Assembly (NCBI RefSeq): GCF_039654945.1
Contig: NW_027361766.1
Span: 28,582,001 to 28,646,000, forward strand
From: Dendrobates tinctorius
Lineage: Eukaryota
DNA length: 64,000 nt
Direction of reading: 5' to 3'
Below the pieces are notes generated by a model. The model was not told where the DNA came from. It was given only the letters and a program-made list of their open reading frames with translations, and did not search any database. Below are positions 24,375-37,214 of this stretch, piece by piece. Positions within the stretch are counted from its first letter, which is position 1. Every line of letters begins with the position of its first letter. The translations under genes and the position numbers were made by a program.

Positions 24375-26849
24375 TGACACGTGGCTCCAGAGCAACCAGG
24401 CACCATACTCTATGGGTAAGCGCTAAGAAGTTGTGATTTTACGTGACTCTTTTGTACTTTTATCGGCAGTATTTTGTGGGTTGGCTTTTATATGCATGTA
24501 GCGCTATTGGTTTCTATGGCTAGCACAATTTTTGGTGAAAAATGATTTCATTTAGTGCCATCTAAACTTTTTGCCTATATATATGTAATAGTACTGCCTT
24601 TTTATGGTCATTATAACACTTTTGTGTGAAATAATTTTGTTATGTGCCATTAAAGAGTCTTGCTGCATTGGTTTGCACTGGGTACATATACTAATTAGCA
24701 GGGCCGGATTAAGGTTGGTGGGGCCCCCATATCATTAACATTTTAGCCATAACAGTAGAGCGCGAACTGTAGCACTCAGATGTACAATCTAATCTTATCC
24801 TCTTGTTCTGCCACATTCAGATTTACAGTACTACAATAGAGATACAGTCCAGGATAACTCAAAGCAGTCCAATTATAGACAGAAAGAGTTACGCACATTT
24901 TTTTTATTGAACCCAATGTTAAGACAGCCAAGGAATAATAAAAATGCAGAAAGGGAAAGTTTTCACCGGCAGCAATTGTTGCTAACTACTGTATAACAAT
25001 ATGCTCTCTATTGTATTATCTCCGGAGTACAGCTCCCCCCCCACGCAAGGGTATACAGCTCTTGCCCCCTTCAAGGGTATACAGGCAGCTTTCCCCCCAT
25101 GGGAATACAACTCCCCCCCCAACGGGTATACAGCTCTTGCCCCCTACAAGGGTATACAGGCAGCTGTCCCCCCCCCCCAAGGTTATACAGTTCTCCAATG
25201 TTTCGTCTTTATACAGTTCCCTTCTCCAGGTATACAGGCCCAAATGTACAGCTCCCCTCTCGCGCATACAGCTCCCCCGATCAATATATAGCTAGCTGGA
25301 GCCTGGAGGCAAGGGGGTTAATCACCGTGGCGCTGCAGAGTTGATTGGCGGGTACACAGCAGGCGGCGGGCGCACGATGCTCGTGAACGCGGCGAGCAGG
25401 CAGAGGAGATCCACAGGACAGGAGGCGTGACAGGAGAGGAGGCGTGACAGAAAGAAAGAACAGAGAAAAAAGAAAACAGAGAAAGAAAAAACAGAGAGAG
25501 AGAAAGAAAGAATGGAAAGAAAGAACAGAGAAAGAAAGAAAAGAAAGAAGAAAGAACAGAGAGAGAGAGAAAAAAAAAGAAAGATTAGAGAGATAAAGAA
25601 ACAGAGATAGATTCTATAAAGATACTATAGCAGCCCGGCTCCCACTGTAGTGCCCACCTGAGCCTCCCGATGCAGGAAATATAACGATCCGCTCACATGG
25701 CCGACATCCCCAAGTTCAAGGCGATCCTGCTGTCCGCGCTGTTGGAGGAGGACATGGTGATGGATCTGAAGCATTCCCTAAAGTGCCTCCATGGTTCCGT
25801 CACAATCTCCTCCCGAAATTACCTAATTTCTGGTCAGCTTCTAGCACGTCACTTCCGGTGGAACGTCACATGCGAATTTTAAAGTGCTCCTCGGGGCTCC
25901 GCCGTGTACTCCTGTGTCCGCACGAAAAGTAAGCTCCCAGCCGGGGCAGTATCTCTCTCAAAATCGGGACTGTCTCGCTGGGAGGTATGAATGCTCCCCA
26001 CCATACACCTTGTACACGTATGGCACGGCATACATCATACACACACGGTTCGACTTTTTATGCCTCATACACACGGCTCCGTTCTGTACACCTTGCACAC
26101 ACACACTGCTCAACTCAGTACACACATGGCTCCACTCCGCAAACCTCGTACACATGCGGTTCCGCTCCACACACCTTGCACACACGCAGCTCCGCTCCAT
26201 ACACACACGTGGGGCTCAGCTCCGTACACGTGCGGCTCCGCTCAGTACACCTCACACACTCGCGGCTCTGCTCCGTACACCTCATACACACACACACACA
26301 CGGCTCCGCTCCGTACACCTTGTACACACACGTCTCTGCTATATCCACCCTGTAAACCCTCCCTGACCCCACACAAACTTCACCTCATCCAGGACGATGA
26401 GAACCAGCACAGACAGCAGAGTCCTGAATAAACCAAGGGCTGATACTGGGTACTGGGGGAACATTATACTGTGTATGGGGGGATGGCGGTACTGGGGGAA
26501 CATTATACTGTGTGGGGGATGGCAGTACTGTGGGAATATTATACTGTGTGAATATTATACTGTGTGGGGGTGACGGTAGTGGGGAACATTATACTGTATG
26601 TGGGGGGATGGTGATACTGTGGGAACATTAAACTGTATGTGGGGACGTGATACTGTGGGAAAATTATACTGTATGTGGGGACAGGAAAGGGACATTGCAA
26701 TATGTGTTTTGTTACTTCCTGTTTTCCATACTTGGGTCACATGTACAAGGAACAAAATGCTATGATTCTTAGAAAGTGACAACAAAAAAGCACCAAGATA
26801 GTCTCAGCTCTGAAAAGGTTACTGCCCCCTCTACCCAGTAATGGGGAAT

Positions 26850-28318
26850 CTCCAGCACCTACCGCCACATGCAGAGCCACACTCCACATAGAGAATAATG
26901 GGGCCTCCAGCACCGACCTCCACCCGCAGAGCCCCACTCCACATAGAGAATAATGGAGCCTCCAGCACCGACCTCCACCCGCAGAGCCGCACTCCACATA
27001 GAGAATAATGGAGCCTCCAGCACCGACCTCCACCCGCAGAGCCGCACTCCACATAGAGAATAATGGGGCCTCCAGCACCGACCTCCACCCGCAGAGCCGC
27101 ACTCCACATAGAGAATAATGGGGCCTCCAGCACCGACCTCCACCTGCAGAGCCGCACTCCACATAGAGAATAATGGAGCCTCCAGCACCGACCTCCACCC
27201 GCAGAGCCGCACTCCACATAGAGAATAATGGAGCCTCCAGCACCGACCTCCACCCGCGGAGCCGCACTCCACATAGAGAATAATGGAGCCTCCAGCACCG
27301 ACCTCCACCCGCGGAGCCGCACTCCACATAGAGAATAATGGAGCCTCCAGCACCGACCTCCACCCGCAGAGCCGCACTCCACATAGAGAATAATGGAGCC
27401 TCCAGCACCGACCTCCACCCGCAGAGCCGCACTCCACATAGAGAATAATGGAGCCTCCAGCACTGACCTCCACCTGCAGAGCCCCACTCCACATAGAGAA
27501 TAATGGAGCCTCCAGCACTGACCTCCACCCGCAGAGCCGCACTCCACATAGAGAATAATGGAGCCTCCAGCACCGACCTCCACCCGCAGAGCCGCACTCC
27601 ACATAGAGAATAATGGAGCCTCCAGCACCGACCTCCACCCGCAGAGCCGCACTCCACATAGAGAATAATGGAGCCTCCAGCACCGACCTCCACCCGCAGA
27701 GCCGCACTCCACATAGAGAATAATGGAGCCTCCAGCACCGACCTCCACCCGCAGAGCCGCACTCCACATAGAGAATAATGGAGCCTCCAGCACCGACCTC
27801 CACCCGCAGAGCCGCACTCCACATAGAGAATAATGGAGCCTCCAGCACCGACCTCCACCCGCAGAGCCGCACTCCACATAGAGAATAATGGAGCCTCCAG
27901 CACCGACCTCCACCCGCAGAGCCGCACTCCACATAGAGAATAATGGAGCCTCCAGCACCGACCTCCACCCGCAGAGCCGCACTCCACATAGAGAATAATG
28001 GAGCCTCCAGCACCGACCTCCACCCGCAGAGCCGCACTCCACATAGAGAATAATGGAGTCTCCAGCACCGACCTCCACCCGCAGAGCCGCACTCCACATA
28101 GAGAATAATGGAGCCTCCAGCACTGACCTCCACCCGCAGAGCCGCACTCCACATAGAGAATAATGGAGCCTCCAGCACCGACCTCCACCCGCAGAGCCGC
28201 ACTCCACATAGAGAATAATGGGGCCTCCAGCACTGACCTCCACCCGCAGAGCCGCACTCCACATAGAGAATAATGGAGCCTCCAGCACCGACCTCCACCC
28301 GCAGAGCCGCACTCCACA
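26850..28318. repeat. 55-bp minisatellite, ~26-27 near-identical copies
   Basis: Unit gagaataatggagcctccagcaccgacctccacccgcagagccgcactccacata. Confidence 0.97.
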
Positions 28319-28437
28319 TGGCTGCTCTGTCTCAGTGCTCTGTGCTGTGCGCAAAGGACCTGTGATGAGGTCACAGGAGTACAGTGTCCATTTTAGGACA
28401 TGATCATATATCAAAATCAAACATCAGAAATACTCTG

Positions 28438-28720
28438 TCTGATACCTGATTCTCATACCTGATACCTGATGTCTGATACCTGATAACTGATACCTGATGA
28501 CTGATACCTGATAACTGATACCTGATACCTAACTGATAACTGATACCTGATGTCTGATACCTGATAACTGATACCTGATAACTGATACCTGATAACTGAT
28601 ACCTGATAACTGATACCTGATGTCTGATACCTGATACCTGATAACTGATACCTGATAACTGATACCTGATGTCTGACACCTGATAACTGATACCTGATAA
28701 CTGATACCTGATACCTGATA
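28438..28720. repeat. 7-bp tandem array (ctgatac/ctgataa/ctgatgt)
   Basis: Direct reading of the sequence. Confidence 0.95.
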
Positions 28721-29808
28721 ACAGGAGGGGAGGAGACAGGGGTCACATGATCGCAGGCCCTGACACCTTACCTCCTGTGATCTCATCACAAGCCTTTGCA
28801 CGCTACCAGCAGCATCAGCGTTCACGCTACTTGTAGATGCTGCTGGTAGCAGAGCACATAATGCCGCCCCCACGGTCACTCACTTTTAGGTGGGGAGAAG
28901 ATGGAGTCCCATTGCAGCAGCCAGCAGGAATGTGGTGGGGGCCCCCTTAGAAGCTCTTGTGGTGGGGGCCCCGGGGCTGAAGCCCCGCCTGCCCTGCCTA
29001 TAATCCGGCCCTGCTAATTAGGGTTGTATGATATACTTAATTTTAACACATATAAAAAAAATTTGTACACACTTATTTGTACTTAATTAATAAATATTAT
29101 TTTTATTTTATCATATTGTCGTGTACTTCATTGTACTTTTTTGCATGTATTGCACTCCTTTTCTTCTTTTGGCACATTCTGTTTGGAGTTTACATTTACT
29201 TTATCCGTTAGGACTACTTTTGGGCACATATTATTTTTTTCACTAGATTTATTATTGATTGAAAATAGGTGTTATTTTGCCCATAGTTGTATTTGGAAAT
29301 TTGTTGAATACCTTACTAAAGTGGCAACGAGGTTTCATAGGTCGCAGGAAATTTTTCTTCACTCCTTTTTTGATAATCCTTCTTGCCCTGAGGAGAAGTT
29401 TCACACCCTAGATGTGAGAAGGGCAGTCCTGAGTTGCATAGATAAAACTAGTTCCTGGAGGCAGAGTAGGGTTCTTTTTGTGTCCTTCCAGGGTCGCAGG
29501 AAAGGGTGCGGAGTCACAAAAGGCATCTTGTCCCGATGGATCAGAGATGCTATCTGTCTTGCCTACTCAGCAAAAAGTGAAAGTCCTCCGGATGGGATAA
29601 ACGCACATTCAGCACGGGCTATGGCATCATCCTGGGCTGAGAGGGCGGACGTTTCAATTGACCTTATATGTAAGGCCGCAACTTGGTCGGCGCCATCTAC
29701 CTTCTACAACCACTATAGGCTTGATCTATCTTCATCTTCTCACTTGGTTTTTGGGAGGGTTGTCTTCAACACTGTGGTCTCACCCAAGTGATGGTTCTCT
29801 GAAAGTCT

Positions 29809-29892
29809 TTCATGTGGGTGCTGTCGTGGCGAAGAGAAAAAGCGGATTACATACCGGTAATACTCTTTTATAGCGTCCACGAAAGCACCCAC
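29809..29892 (+). repeat. DIRS internal complementary region (ICR)
   Basis: First half complements the left terminus (ttctcttcgccac...cacccacatg); second half complements the right terminus (...gcattacgggtaagtaatccgtttttt). Confidence 0.9.
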
Positions 29893-30695
29893 TCACTACC
29901 CCCCCTTAGTTAGATATAATGTGAATAGTTCACTTGCTAGTGGCTGTATATATGTATTTAAGATGTAAGGATTTATCATAAAAGTTTGGACTAATACTTT
30001 GGCGGTTCATCTGGTACTCTGTAATCCAACTGAGGAGGAGAGGGGGACCGCCTCTTTTATTCTGTAGGTTTCCTGTTCCTATGGGCGGATCCCCTCTCTC
30101 ATGTGGGTGCAATCGTGGACTCTATAAAAGAGCATTACGGGTAAGTAATCCGTTTTTTCCCACTAGGTCACAATTTTTCCTGACAAGTCGAACAAGACTC
30201 GTTGGACCTTCTTCGCTTCAACCGGCCACAGCCCTGTCTGCTGTAGTAGCACAGGACAACCTTTGTACCGTACATCAGTTCTGGAAGCAACGGCTCACTT
30301 GCGCATCCCGTTTATAACCACCGGTGTTCACCCCTGGATGGAGTTTCCTCACTTATATTTGGTGCTTGACTGATGATGTTTGTCTCTTGTACCTGGTGGG
30401 CTGAAGTCTGGGCTTCGGCTCTTGACCAGCGCAGATATGATCTTTGGTCCTTGATTTGCATAGTCTGGACTCCAGAACTTATTTTGCGGAGGTCTGGTCT
30501 TTGGGCCTTGACCGACTTAGTCTGGACTCTGGAAGTTACCTGGCGCTGCCTGGGTTCTGCTTCCAGGCCCGCCACAACCTGCTGGTTCACACTTCCTGTC
30601 ACGGCCTGGCACCCCGGTATACAGCATCATCTTTGACATACAGCCTGGCTGTCCCTTCTCTTGGCACCAAATCTGCTCTCGTTTTGGCTCACTAG

Positions 30696-31005
30696 TAGTG
30701 ATGAGCGAGTATACTCATTACTCTGGTTTCCCCGAGCATGCTTGGGTGGTCTCAAGAGTATTTTGGCGTGCTCGGAGCTTTAGTTTGTGTCGTCTGAGCT
30801 GCATAATTTGTAGCTGCTAGACAAGCTGAATACATGTGGGGGTTGCCTGAATATTAGGCAATCCTTTCATGCATTCAGGCTGTCTAGCAGCTGCAAATCA
30901 TGCCGCTTAGGCGACAAAAACTAAATCTCCGAGCACGCCAAAACACTCGGAGACCTCCCAAGCATGCTGGGGGAAACCCAAGTAACAAGTATTACTTACT
31001 CATTA
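30696..31005. mobile_element. Palindromic MITE (hAT-like tagtgatgagcg terminus; right end decayed)
   Basis: Arms ...ccgagcatgcttggg...ggcgtgctcggag / ctccgagcacgcc...cccaagcatgctgg. Confidence 0.7.
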
Positions 31006-31510
31006 ACCTTTTATAATGGAGACCTACGTCATCAAGGTCACCTGACCTGGAACTCCATCCAAACTTGTATCTCCTGAAACTCTTCCCTTTCCAGTTCGCT
31101 CTGCAGGATTCCGTTTGAACAGTAGATGGCAGTCTTCCTGCACAAATGCAGCACAGGGCTGGGGATTCTCATCCTTTATGTCACACCCTCTTACTCAATC
31201 ATCAAATGAGGGAGCTTTGACCCACCAAAACTATTATACACTAAGGGTTTAGCTTATGTATCTACCAAAAAGAGAAAAAAAACCCCTAAAAAATAACTTT
31301 TATTAGATAATATTAAAATCCCAAATAAAATATATATAGAAAAAATAATTAAAAGAATAGCACCTCTCAGACCCTCAGAATGAGGCAGATAATATACCTA
31401 TACAAATAGATGTATGCAAGGACCTCTATACAACATTTTTTTATCTTACTCAGAAAAATTCCTTTTACAGAAAAATTTAATGATAATAATTATTTCTTCA
31501 ATGGCCTTAA

Positions 31511-32356
31511 AGGGAACCTGTCACCCTCCCAGACCTTTTTAAGTAAAAGAGCCACCTTGTGCAGCACTAATGCTGCATTCTGTCAAGGTGGCTCTGTTAC
31601 TTAGCTTCCGTTCCACCGCAGAAATAATTGTTTATAAAATTGTTCAAAAATACCGGAATTTTGACAGGGGGGCAGGTCTTTCCCCCTCTGACAGACGCCT
31701 CGCATCCATCAGTCATTTCGTACTTGGCGCCGCCTCCTCAGTTTTCTTTTGAAATGCTGGCACCTGCACTGTACTATAGTTTCGTGCGCATGCGCAGTTA
31801 GCGCTGCCCGACGTGCCCGTGCTCTCAGATCCCATCCTGGCCTTCATATCGCGCGACCACAGATCTCGCCCCGCAGTCGCTTATGATTTATTCACACTGC
31901 GGGGCTGGGAATCCTGGGCATGCGCAGTAGTTCTCTGTGGCTCTCTTTCCCAAGATTTCCAGCCCCGCAGTGTGAATAAATCATAAGCGACTGCGTGGCG
32001 GGATCTGTGGCCACGCGATATGAAGGCCAGGATGTGATCTGAGAGCACGGGCACGTCAGGCAGCGCTAACTGCGCATGCCCACTAAACTATAGTACAGCG
32101 CAGGCGCCAGCATTTCAAAAGAAAACTGAGGAGGCGGCGCCAAATACGAAATGACTGATGGATGCGAGGCGTCTGTCAGAGGGGGAAAGACCTGCCCCTC
32201 TGTCAAAATACAGGTATTTTTGAACAATTTTATAAACAATTATTTCTGCGGTGGAATGGAAGCTAAGTAACAGAGCCACCTTGACAGAATGCAGCATTAA
32301 TGCTGCACAAGGTCACTCTTTTACTTAAAAACGCCTGGGGGGATGACAGGTTCCCT
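31511..32356. mobile_element. TTAA-targeting palindromic MITE (Kolobok/T2-type)
   Basis: TTAA TSD; agggaacctgtca / tgacaggttccct termini; ~400-bp inverted arms. Confidence 0.9.
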
Positions 32357-32682
32357 TTAATAAGCTGATATCCTTCCTGACAGCGGAGGTTGGCACCCTA
32401 AGATCGACATGCTGCCCCCACTCCATGTCGGCTGTCCCTTAAATCCCTGACAGCCCTTATTTCTAAGTGTGCAAGTAAAAAAATCCAACATACATACAGT
32501 ACAAACTGTCTATGGCACTGCAAGGCTAGTGTAAATTATCTCCGATGGCTAAAATGAAATTTAACTTTAATTTCGTAAACTGTGTTTGACTGCTCAGTGT
32601 GTTCCAAAATCTATATCATTTTCTTGTTTGTCTGCTGCATAAATATTTCATTTGCTTAAAAAATAATGAAAAAAATATCTAA

Positions 32683-33118
32683 GGCTAGTTTCACACTAGC
32701 ATATAGCCGAGGTGCAGAGGGCTGCGGGCTTCCTCTGTGAAGCTCCGCCCCGGCTGCGCCTCCTCCATTCTGACCCACCTCTGTCAGCATGCGGCCTGCA
32801 TACCCTATCTTTAGCATTAGGTGCGCAGGCCATGTCGATGAATACAGATGCCTCCGCATGCGCCTTTTTGACGGTGCGGCGAGTGCACCAAAATGCAACA
32901 TGCTGCGTTTGGTGCAGGTTGCCGCACCGTTAAAAAGATGCATGCGGAGGCATCTGCATTCATCGACATGGCCTGCGCACCTAATGCTAAAGATAGGGTA
33001 CGCAGGCCGCATGCCGACAGAGGCAAGGCAGAACGGAGGAAGCGCGGTCGGGGCAGAGCTTCACGGAGGAAGGCCACAGCCCTCCGCACCTCGGCCATAC
33101 GCTAGTGTGAAACTAGCC
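32683..33118. mobile_element. Palindromic Harbinger-like MITE
   Basis: ggctagtttcacactagc / gctagtgtgaaactagcc TIRs at a TAA/TTA site; the whole element is a foldback. Confidence 0.85.
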
Positions 33119-33767
33119 TTAGAGCTATATCTTTGTGCCAGTAAAAATATCTAACAGGCAGAAAAAATCAGCTTGAAAACAAGCAAAAAAGTATCCAGAT
33201 ATTAGTATCCACCAATTACAGGTACTCATTGGTATGTCTATATAGTCTATATAGTATCTCAGACACAAAGGATAGTCATTAGACCAAAACTCAGAGACTG
33301 ATGGATAGACCATTTGTTGATCTGTGTCTACAGTCACCGTCAAAAAAACCTACAAATTCTATCAGACATCTGGCATTATTAAATAGATTAGACAGAGATA
33401 TCGCATGATAAAATAATCATAAGTAATTAATGGTTCAATATATTAAATTGAATATGGCCATGGATTAAGTTCAGTACAGCTATTTACAACATAATGTTAT
33501 AAGCGTTTTGTGACCACATTTCTTGTACAAATATCGCAGACAAAGAAATATATATATATATTGATTTGGACCTAGATTCGTAAATTAAATATCATAAATT
33601 AATAATTGTGGGTCCAATATCGCCGAACTCCCATACAATACTCATAGGTCCAATTTGGCAGACTGTCAATACAGCTATCTCAGCATGAGGTCATAAACAA
33701 CTGAAGACCCATTTTCTAAAATAGACCCCAGTGGGTCACTTAGCTTTAGTCATAGTTGTCCATTCGT

Positions 33768-33810
33768 TCCTATGCGTTTCGCCCCTCCACATGTCAGGGC
33801 TCATCAAAGA
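33768..33810 (-). ncRNA. Degenerate hammerhead motif downstream of a PLE endonuclease fragment
   Basis: UCU-UUGAUGA-GCCCU...GGGGC-GAAA-CGCA-UA-GGA. Confidence 0.55.
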
Positions 33811-34254
33811 TAGGAGTGCGCCACAGTGGGTAAAGAAATGGGTCAACAGGGGTGATGTCAACCACCATCTGCGAGTCTGGTGTCAAGGAAGGAGAAGATG
33901 AAAAGACCAATTCAGGGACTGTATTGATCTGTACTAAGAGGCTAGTACCATGTTCTGTAGAGGTCTAGAATGAAAATGAGCAAATGGTACTACCGCAAAT
34001 GTCACTTTCCCAGGACCCTCATGCAAAAATGAAGGGAATAAGAACCTACAATGACCACAGACGGAAACTATACGGAACAATAGATGTACTGTATTAAAAA
34101 TGAATTTAATTGAAATGTGTAAAAAGAGACCTGACTACATGTATAACACAGACTGTGCAAAAAGTGCAAAACAAATAAAATCACAAAAGAGTCCATAAAG
34201 ATACATAGCAAAAAAAAGGATGTGACCCTATTAGATGATTCAGGTCCTACGCAT

Positions 34255-34425
34255 GTATGCATAAATTTGCAAAAATTTCTACATTTCTGTTTTTTTTCAG
34301 TCAAGATGGGGTGCAGATTGCACATTAATGAGAAAAAAATGAACTTTTTTGAATTTACCAAATGGCTGCAATTAAACAAAGAGTGAAAAATTTAACGGGG
34401 TCTAAATACTTTCCATACCCACTAT
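34255..34425 (+). mobile_element. Tc1 terminal fragment
   Basis: ...ggggtctaaatactttccatacccactata resembles a Tc1 right-hand TIR end. Confidence 0.55.
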
Positions 34426-34622
34426 ATGTGTCAAAAATAGAAAAAAAATGTTAAAAGAAGAAGAATGAGAAGGAACTTCATCTCTAAGGTGCTTGAGTGA
34501 ATGATCCAAAGGTGACAGCAGGTGGTGCTACAATATAGGAGAGTCAAGGAACCCCAGAGAATATGTGAACGCCTGTGTGAAAAACAAGAAAATCAATTCG
34601 TGACTATGACAGATAAACTTTA

Positions 34623-35300
34623 TTAGATCTGTTTATGGAAACCAGCATATAAAAGTTCCTCATTAAGCCAAAAAGGGACCAAACTATTAAAGCGATAAAT
34701 CCATTTGGACTCACAGCGGAACAATGAGTTCGTAACACCCCCTCCCCTAATGTTGGTCCTAACCACCTCAATCCCCATTACCTGTAGACTATTGCTAGAG
34801 CCTGCATGCTTAGTCAAAAAATGTGCAGCAACAAATGTGAGCTTTTTACCTTTAAGTTGGTCTATAAAGCTATGTTCGAAATATGCTGCTGCACCCTACG
34901 TCTAAGCTCCTGGGTGGTCATATATCTTCTGACATCCACAAATTAGGGCATATACAATATTCCGAGAGCGACAGTTGAAATATGCTGTTGATCGTCCCCG
35001 TAGAGGGAATTCGGAATAGGGACACTAACATTGGCAATCATGAAGGGACAAACTGTGCACTCACCACAAGGGAAAGAACCAATAATACTATTATCCGATG
35101 TTAGTCTACAGGTTGCCGGTCTGAAGTGGCTGAAGTATAATCTTTGGTTTATTTGTGATGAATGGGTGAAATTTCGGTTCACTTAGCAGGATGTCCCAAT
35201 TTTTCTCTAAAACGTTATAGATATCACTCCACTGGTTGCTGAAAGATGTGATCAGGTTGATGTTCTGGGGTCGATTTAAGTATTTCATGACAATCACTGC
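34623..35300 (-). pseudogene. Old PLE linker / GIY-YIG endonuclease fragment
   Basis: FPCGECTVC and ESKWIYRFNSLVP..LNEE motifs; several frameshifts. Confidence 0.85.
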
Positions 35301-35796
35301 AAATTATGAAAGAATTAGATTTCGATATTGGATGGTATGGATTGGGATTGTCTATCCTATCTTAAAATGGACATGGCCTATTTTGTGACTGTACATTATG
35401 CTTCTTTATTCATATTTTTCTTTTTCTGTATATGATTGTATGCAATAATCATCTGTTAATAATTTGTACTGTATATATGCATACTTGTGACAACTAATAT
35501 TTTGATATATCTGTATAGGCACAATAGTAGATAATATGTATTGTTGGGTGCTTTATTGAGCCTTTTGTTTTCTCTTTTCCACTTTTGTTATTTGAAATCA
35601 CGGCTATAAGTGAAGTCCCCTTTAAATGGCCTGGTGTGTAAATGCCCCGCTCTCTATATAAGTCTAATTATAATAATTTACTTTGCATTATACTTTTATC
35701 TTACATCTATATGGGAGCCCAAACATATAACACTGTGGCTTGGGCCATTTACATTTTTCAGTTTGTTTGTAGTGCTGTCCTCTTCAATAATGACTG

Positions 35797-36770
35797 CTGA
35801 GCCCTGCTCTCTTTTTAACAATGACTGCTGAGCCATGTGCCTGCACGGTGGACATGTCTCCCACGTTGTGAAAGGCATCCTAACGCTGCCGACATGTGAA
35901 GCGATGGCCGGGGGACCACCACAATGCAGGGAGACTACGGTACACAAGATGAGGTGCAAACAACAAAGGGTTAATTTATTTACAGGCAAGGAATGCAGTG
36001 TATAGGAAAATGCAGAAACAGGGGTATGCTATTAAAACAGACAATTTACAAGGATAATATTCTCTTCTGGGCCGTCAAACAGCACAGAGCACCAATTATA
36101 ACAGCTCAGTGTATTTATCTAACTGGCAAGACAACACAGTAAAGTAATGTATGATGGTACACGAACTATAACCTATCTGGCCTTTGCTAACCAGGCCACA
36201 CGGCTGCCGTGCTCTATCTATTGCAGCCTATCCTATATACCAGTGATGTAGTCCTCAGTTTAGGGGTAATAGATTGGGACGTATGGGTGGCTATTTAAGC
36301 CAGATAGCTGCATGTACCTGTGCCCTGTGCCCTTTTTAACAATGACTGCTGAGCAGTGCGCCTGAGTGGTGGACATGCCTGCCACGTTGTGAAAGGCATC
36401 CTAACCGTGCCGACATGCGTCGGATATCCATGGTTACCGTGTATGTTGTGACGTATTGCGACTTCCGGGATAGCCGGAAATGACGCGGCGGGAGTCAGTT
36501 CCCGACTGCGCATGCGCCGGCCAAGATGGCCGCGCACATCCAATATTCTTTTTCTTATAAATAGTCCGTCTGGCTATAGTACAGGTCACACAGCCCCCCG
36601 AGTAAGCCCTTAAAGTGAAACACATCGGGGCAAAGGCAGGACCATTCGACTGCCCACATTGGTAAGGAACTTTCCATGGCATGTATACCAGTGATGTTGT
36701 CCTCAGTTTAGGAGTAATAGATTAGGACGTATGGGTGGCTATTTAAGCCAGATAGCTGCATGTACCTTTG
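35797..36770 (+). repeat. Partial tandem duplications with a decayed hammerhead-like motif at 36593-36631 (PLE pLTR-like)
   Basis: ~35800-35900 matches ~36320-36420 and ~36236-36320 matches ~36685-36768; motif GCCCC-CCGAGUA-A-GC...GU-GAAA-CACA-UC-GGGGC. Confidence 0.55.
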
Positions 36771-37169
36771 CTGTTTTCAGTGTTCTTTCCTAATTTATTG
36801 ATTGCTGGCAAGAGGAAACATATGTTAGATGACTGGGCACTTTTACCCGTACTTTGCCTTACTAGAATCTAGGGTGAACTCTCTTATTTATGTTCCTATC
36901 CTTATACCATTTTCTATTCTGATGGTGACTTTTTTCATGTGGTATTAGCCGTTATCAACTGTGTGTCGAGTGTTCCTACCATTGGATCTACCACCTTACA
37001 TATACTCATTGTATGTGTTTTTTATGGAATCTATTTATGAATAAAAATATTTTTGCACGAAAAAATCCTTTTTGTGTGACTCATATTGGAGTAAAACCAT
37101 GATATGTCCTTTCTTGTTGGGCATTTTTGAACTCATTGTCCTTTGTAGGTTTGACAAACGTATATATAA

Positions 37170-37171
<2 letters not shown>

Positions 37172-37211
<40 letters not shown>
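37172..37211. repeat. (GA)n microsatellite
   Basis: Direct reading of the sequence. Confidence 0.95.

Positions 37212-37214
<3 letters not shown>

Larger units (their letters stand above)
24699..29013. mobile_element. Non-autonomous hAT-type element (4.3 kb) packed with tandem repeats
   Basis: 13-bp TIR cagggccggatta / taatccggccctg; 8-bp TSD ctaattag at 24691-24698 and 29014-29021. Confidence 0.92.
19043..29307 (-). mobile_element. Penelope-like element (Neptune-like), 5'-truncated, with inverted pLTR and 13-bp TSD
   Basis: TSD ataccttactaaa at 19030-19042 and 29308-29320; 19043-20426 recurs inverted at 22240-29170, interrupted by Tc1 and hAT insertions. Confidence 0.93.
18476..29791 (+). 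pseudogene. DIRS tyrosine recombinase, split into 18476-19042 and 29308-29791 by the PLE insertion
   Basis: PPWDLNLVL, LVALTSARKV, HTLDVRRA, AHSARA and AATW...TF..HY motifs. Confidence 0.9.
13078..30158 (+). mobile_element. DIRS1-type tyrosine recombinase retrotransposon, full outline, interrupted by L2 and PLE insertions
   Basis: Non-identical ITRs (13078-13179 and 30026-30158), internal complementary region, ORF1/RT-RH-MT/YR remnants. Confidence 0.93.

Noticed and set aside
26737-28420. Long ORFs (486-545 aa) and a CRISPR-like regular array
   Set aside because: Pure 55-bp head-to-tail repeat without unique spacers; open in all three minus-strand frames only because the unit lacks stops; no cas genes and a eukaryotic context
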